Assembly (NCBI GenBank): GCA_015523565.1
Contig: WAKA01000022.1
Coordinates: 1 to 11,243, forward strand
Direction of reading: 5' to 3'
DNA from: Candidatus Heimdallarchaeota archaeon
GTDB lineage: Archaea > Asgardarchaeota > Heimdallarchaeia > Heimdallarchaeales > Kariarchaeaceae
DNA: 11,243 nucleotides
Shown: piece after piece, positions 7,292 to 11,243 of the stretch
How the letters are laid out: every line of letters begins with the position of its first letter
Numbering within the stretch: position 1 is the first letter of the stretch
Translations under genes and position numbers: made by a program
The notes under the pieces: generated by a model
Database searches by the model: none
What the model was told of the DNA's origin: nothing
What the model saw: only the letters and a program-made list of their open reading frames with translations

Positions 7292-7915
7292 TTATATCTC
7301 ATGTTCTGAATCCAAATGCTTCAAATCGTTGAGGCAGACAATGGATCTTTGTCCCTCTTCTTCAGTTAATATTGACAATGAACAATTTTTTAGATGGAAA
7401 TAGACCCTTGGCTTTAAATGCTCTTCCAACCTAATCCAATTCTGAATAAGTGAGACCAATGTCTGGAAATGCGAAACTATGATTATTTTGTCTTCCTGTA
7501 CCTTCTCAATCCATTTGACAAATTTTGCAATTCTCGTGTCCAACTCTCTCCAAGTTTCAGCTCCCTCATAGGGTCGCCAATCCATTATGTTTTCTGTTTT
7601 AGGGCTCTTCATTTCATATGCTTTGGTTCTATGCATGCCGTCAACGATTCCCTGTTTAATTTCACGAAGCTCTTCCATTTCAACAATGTCGACATTGAAT
7701 CTTTTCGCGATTGGAGAGGCAGTCTCCATTGCTCTTTGCAAATCACTGCTCAATAGCAATGGTTTTCCTTCGATAATATCTGCAAGCCGTTTTGCAGTTT
7801 GCTCTGCCTGCCATCTTCCGTGATCCGTTAATGAAACATCTGTCCATCCACCGACAAACCCTTCTGTCTGATGAAATCCCTGACCATGCCTGACAAGGAA
7901 TAATGTCTTCTCCAC
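7292..7915 (-). CDS. Histidine phosphatase (phosphoglycerate mutase-like) family protein
   Basis: LVRHG phospho-His motif, GWTDVSLTDHG, SSDLQRAMETA, LREI and IIVSH second His. GTG start. Confidence 0.93.
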   Translation of the reverse strand: MEKTLFLVRHGQGFHQTEGFVGGWTDVSLTDHGRWQAEQTAKRLADIIEGKPLLLSSDLQRAMETASPIAKRFNVDIVEMEELREIKQGIVDGMHRTKAYEMKSPKTENIMDWRPYEGAETWRELDTRIAKFVKWIEKVQEDKIIIVSHFQTLVSLIQNWIRLEEHLKPRVYFHLKNCSLSILTEEEGQRSIVCLNDLKHLDSEHEI

Positions 7916-7990
7916 AAGTCTAAGACATTTCTTAAGATAAAAAAAACTGGTGTAGTGAACAAAAGAAGTTGAAATTATTTTGAATGAAGT

Positions 7991-8701
7991 TTATTCACTT
8001 ACTTCTTCTGGGGGATGAGGATAAGGGTTACGGGTTGCATCTATGTCAATGGGGTTTCGAGCCAAGGGTCCTTGTGCAGGGATGGATTCTACATCCTCAA
8101 TAGGCATATTTGCCCATCCTGCCTTGTTTTCAATGCCATCAACTGTCTTTTGAGCTGCTTCATCAATAAATTCTGGGACTTTTGGTCTCTTCCATTTCTT
8201 CCCTGCGGCAATTTTTTGTTGGAGAACACCTATTCCAAAGAAAAGTGCCTCTGGTCTTACTGGACATCCTGGGAGATAGACGTCAATTGGGATTATCTCA
8301 TCTGCTCCACCGATAATGCTGTATGCTTCCCAAAATGGCCCGCCTGATGTAGCGCATTCTCCCATTGCAATTGCCCATTTTGGTTCTGGGATTTGATCCC
8401 AAAGCAATCGAAGCCTTGGTGCCATCTTGTGTGAAACCGGTCCATTCACGACAATTGCATCAGCTTGTCTTGGGGATGGTCTGTAAATGACTCCAAACCG
8501 TTCCCCATCAAATCTACCAACACCTGATGCCATCATTTCAAGTGCACAACACATAATACCGAAAGTCAACGGCCAAATGGAACTTCTTGATAACCAATTC
8601 CTTCTCCCCTCAATGAACCCCTTGGGATCTTTGATTGCATTAACTGTCGATTTAGTTGCATTTTTCAGGAAATCTGCCAAATTTGTGACTTGAAAACCCA
8701 T
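7991..8701 (-). CDS. nuoB: NADH-quinone oxidoreductase subunit B (complex I-like Fe-S N2 subunit), orphan, with C-terminal extension
   Basis: FGIMCCALEMM (tandem Cys), RPSPRQAD, QIPEPKWAIAMGECATSGG and DVYLPGCPVRPEA, giving all four N2 cluster cysteines. Confidence 0.93.
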   Translation of the reverse strand: MGFQVTNLADFLKNATKSTVNAIKDPKGFIEGRRNWLSRSSIWPLTFGIMCCALEMMASGVGRFDGERFGVIYRPSPRQADAIVVNGPVSHKMAPRLRLLWDQIPEPKWAIAMGECATSGGPFWEAYSIIGGADEIIPIDVYLPGCPVRPEALFFGIGVLQQKIAAGKKWKRPKVPEFIDEAAQKTVDGIENKAGWANMPIEDVESIPAQGPLARNPIDIDATRNPYPHPPEEVSE

Positions 8702-8840
8702 ATTTCTTCAAAATATCATAAATGGCACCAAATATAAAGATGAGGATAAGATAAGCGGTATAATTTGAAATCTGCAAGCAAGATTAACCAGATTGCTATT
8801 CTCACATTTCTTGTTTTGAGATGGTGTTCTTATGACTTGT

Positions 8841-8845
8841 AAAAA
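8841..8845 (-). terminator. Oligo-T tract immediately after tRNA-Leu
   Basis: TTTTT on the minus strand directly follows the discriminator base, typical of archaeal intrinsic termination. Confidence 0.45.
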
Positions 8846-8930
8846 TGCAGGGGGTGGGATTTGAACCCACGAACCTCTAAAGGACTGGGACCTAAACCCA
8901 GCGCCGTTGACCAGGCTTGGCGACCCCTGC
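8846..8930 (-). tRNA. tRNA-Leu (anticodon TAG), intronless, CCA not encoded
   Basis: Minus strand GCAGGGGTCGCCAAGCCTGGTCAACGGCGCTGGGTTTAGGTCCCAGTCCTTTAGAGGTTCGTGGGTTCAAATCCCACCCCCTGCA. Acceptor stem GCAGGGG/CCCCTGC, anticodon arm CTGGG-TT[TAG]GT-CCCAG, long variable arm, T-arm GTGGG-TTCAAAT-CCCAC, discriminator A. Confidence 0.97.
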
Positions 8931-8956
8931 TTGCACAAACTGTGCGTTAAGTTCTG

Positions 8957-8968
8957 TTATATTTTAAA
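8957..8968 (-). promoter_or_regulatory. Putative TATA box of tRNA-Leu
   Basis: Minus strand tttaaaatataa, 27-38 nt upstream of the mature tRNA 5' end. Confidence 0.5.
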
Positions 8969-9052
8969 TCTTAAAAAAATAATCATTGATTTCATTTTGA
9001 AAAATAAAAAAATGTGATGATCGGAAGGGATTGACTTTTCCAAAAATGTTTT

Positions 9053-9718
9053 TTGTTTGGCAAACCTTATGTGGCTGTGGAACTAGATGCAGTATTTTTG
9101 GACGTGGATGGTACTCTAACTCGTGGATTAAGCTGTTGGCAATTGGCACATCGGAAATTCGGGGTTGAGGCACAGTCAAACAGATATTATGAGATGGCTA
9201 TGCGTAAGGAGATTGATTACGATACTTGGGCAAAACTCGATGTCAATCTATGGCGGGGGAAATCAATCGAAGAATTGCGGGATGCCTTACTTCCCCCTAA
9301 ATTATTGGCAGGTGTACGTGAAGGAATTAGCCAATTCAAGGAACATAATGTGAAGGTAATCTTGGTCAGTGGTGGGATTGATATTTTTGTTAATGCTGTA
9401 AAGGATGCTGTAGGGGCTGATCTTGCATTTTCCAATATCGTGCATCATTCTGGGGGATTGATAACTGGGGATATTGATGTCCATGTTGGAACTACAAAAC
9501 AACCAATTCTGGAGTATGTTGCAAGGGAATATGGGGTTGAACTTTCCCGTTCCGGATGCGTCGGTGATCATTACAATGACGTAGACATGTTTAAGTCTGT
9601 TGCTTATCCTATCGCGTTCAATCCCAAAACCCGTGAAATAAAAAAATTGGCAAAAAAAATTGTTATTGGCAATGATTTTAGATTGGCATCAAATGCCCTT
9701 CTTAGTCTTGTTGTATAA
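9053..9718 (+). CDS. HAD superfamily IB phosphatase, phosphoserine phosphatase-like (archaeal type)
   Basis: Motif I DVDGTLT, cap S-x-WQLAH, motif II VSGG, motif III Lys (TTKQP), motif IV GDHYNDVDM and AFNP. Start uncertain (TTG 9053, GTG 9071 or GTG 9077). Confidence 0.92.
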   Translation: MFGKPYVAVELDAVFLDVDGTLTRGLSCWQLAHRKFGVEAQSNRYYEMAMRKEIDYDTWAKLDVNLWRGKSIEELRDALLPPKLLAGVREGISQFKEHNVKVILVSGGIDIFVNAVKDAVGADLAFSNIVHHSGGLITGDIDVHVGTTKQPILEYVAREYGVELSRSGCVGDHYNDVDMFKSVAYPIAFNPKTREIKKLAKKIVIGNDFRLASNALLSLVV

Positions 9719-9792
9719 GAAAAAAAAGTAATCCCTTGTTTCAATTTTCCAAAAACATTTAATTTGTTGAAAACAAAATCATATGATTAAGA

Positions 9793-11130
9793 TTGTCAGA
9801 TGCCTTAATTATCCTTGATATGGTAATTCTTTCATTAGCAATGGTTATTACAATTCGTTTTTTCTATTTTTGGCAGATTATGAAATTGAATGAATTAAAA
9901 TTAATGGGGATTGTTTTTTCATTTGCCTATTTGGGGATTCTTGCAAATGTTGCCTCCATCCTAACCAATGCCCTTTTCTGGTTTCAATTAGCTGTATTTT
10001 CCTTTAATGCTGTTGGTCTAACTTTAATTCACTTTTACTTAAATCTTCATTATAATAGGTTAGAGAGAGTAATCAAAATTTTTTCATGGGTCTGGTTTGG
10101 ACTACTGACCATCTTGCTTCTTTTTTGGACGCCTTTTATTCAACCCGAATATGCAAATGTGCTTTTTATTTTCAACAACCTCCCTCATACTCGCGGTGAT
10201 GCACACCCATATGGTGCTGGATTGAAAGTTCCATACAAAGGAAAAGAAACCATAATCTATAGTACCAGCCACCAGCTTTTAGGTATTCTTTTTTGGTTTT
10301 TTTCCGTTTCACTTTCATTGTACCAACTTTATCGCATGGAAGTCCCAGAAAAACAAGCTCCCTCTATCCAAAAACGTATTAACAATGCACGTCGAAATTT
10401 TCTAATAGAAAGGGGATTGCATCTTATTTGGGTTGTTTCCCTCTTTCCAATTTATCCAGTTGCTTTTATTCCCTTATTGTCTTCATTGAACGCATTAGTT
10501 TTGATTTCCTATTCTTTAATTGCCTATACCGTCTTGAAATATCCTGAAGCAATGGTGATGAGCAAGGATCAATTTAAACAGACCTTCGAAAAAATTTCTG
10601 AAGTCTTTTTACGACGTTCTTTTACTAATGAAAATGATACTTATCTGATGACCTTGGTTTCTATCATTGAAAATTATAATTTGGATGATTTGAAAGGTAG
10701 AGGTGTTGTCATCACTGATTTGGAAGAACCCTATGGTTTTTACATTTCCAAATCAAGTCTGATTCGATATCAAAAGACGTTTCACAATATTTTCAACTCC
10801 CTCCTGATTTCCAATTTCATTGCGGCATTTTCCAGTTTTTCAGATGAGATTTTTGATCAAAGTGCTCATTCCCCTCGGATACAACGTATCCGTAATGGTG
10901 AATATGAAGTCTATGTCCTTATAATAAATCAATTGATGTTTGCATATGTGTTCAAGGGGGTAAGCCTTCTTTTGAAAACTAAAGTAGAAAATATCGCACG
11001 GTCTCTTCTTGCAGATGAAACCATCAAAAACTATCTATTGTCTGAAAATGCCAAGCAAGACTTGCAGATTGTTTCCACCATTGATGAAATGGTGAAGGAG
11101 ACGTTTAATACCAGTGAATTAGTTCTTTGA
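9793..11130 (+). CDS. 7TM receptor-like membrane protein fused to a predicted C-terminal longin-like domain (445 aa)
   Basis: Seven hydrophobic segments in aa ~4-248, a long loop between TM4 and TM5 and a basic loop between TM5 and TM6. aa ~302-440 show a beta-beta-alpha-beta-beta-beta-alpha-alpha pattern including LISNFIAAFSSFSDEIF. The CDS is secure, while the domain call is inferred. Confidence 0.85.
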   Translation: MSDALIILDMVILSLAMVITIRFFYFWQIMKLNELKLMGIVFSFAYLGILANVASILTNALFWFQLAVFSFNAVGLTLIHFYLNLHYNRLERVIKIFSWVWFGLLTILLLFWTPFIQPEYANVLFIFNNLPHTRGDAHPYGAGLKVPYKGKETIIYSTSHQLLGILFWFFSVSLSLYQLYRMEVPEKQAPSIQKRINNARRNFLIERGLHLIWVVSLFPIYPVAFIPLLSSLNALVLISYSLIAYTVLKYPEAMVMSKDQFKQTFEKISEVFLRRSFTNENDTYLMTLVSIIENYNLDDLKGRGVVITDLEEPYGFYISKSSLIRYQKTFHNIFNSLLISNFIAAFSSFSDEIFDQSAHSPRIQRIRNGEYEVYVLIINQLMFAYVFKGVSLLLKTKVENIARSLLADETIKNYLLSENAKQDLQIVSTIDEMVKETFNTSELVL

Positions 11131-11243
11131 AATGGTGTTTTTCCTATTGATTGTCTTTCACATTGTTAATATGATAGTTTCTTTTTCATAGCCATTAATT
11201 AATGAAATCAGTTATATAATCCAATATTTATTATTATATGGAC

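Noticed and set aside
8846-8930. tRNA-Leu as an integration site for an island
   Set aside because: No integrase or transposase, no duplicated tRNA 3' end noticed, and flanking genes look housekeeping.
8708-8938. 76 aa minus-strand ORF
   Set aside because: Overlaps tRNA-Leu entirely, so it is a spurious translation.
4452-9718. msrA, peptidase, phosphatases and nuoB as one functional operon
   Set aside because: Gaps of about 75-245 bp with individual TATA-like boxes, opposite orientation of the HAD gene, and no coherent pathway.

Overview
AT-rich, gene-dense chromosomal window from an archaeon, most plausibly an Asgard (Heimdallarchaeia-like) lineage. This assignment is inferred from an archaeal-type CCA-less tRNA-Leu, TATA boxes ~20-35 nt before most starts, an LRR protein and a 7TM protein with a longin-like tail. 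Left to right: (1) a >=412 aa minus-strand gene missing from the ORF track because it runs off the left edge, encoding a Zn-dependent phospholipase C/P1-nuclease-fold domain plus a K/E-rich tail with 33-bp tandem repeats; (2) a 7TM membrane protein; (3) a zinc-ribbon protein with 51-bp Q/P/GW repeats and a long helical body; (4) an LRR protein; (5) msrA; (6) an S9 peptidase; (7) a histidine phosphatase; (8) an orphan nuoB; (9) tRNA-Leu(TAG); (10) a HAD-IB phosphatase; (11) a 7TM receptor-like protein fused to a predicted cytoplasmic longin domain. The most interesting candidates are the 7TM-longin fusion, the unannotated PLC/P1-fold protein and the GW-repeat zinc-ribbon protein. No CRISPR array or mobile element was seen.
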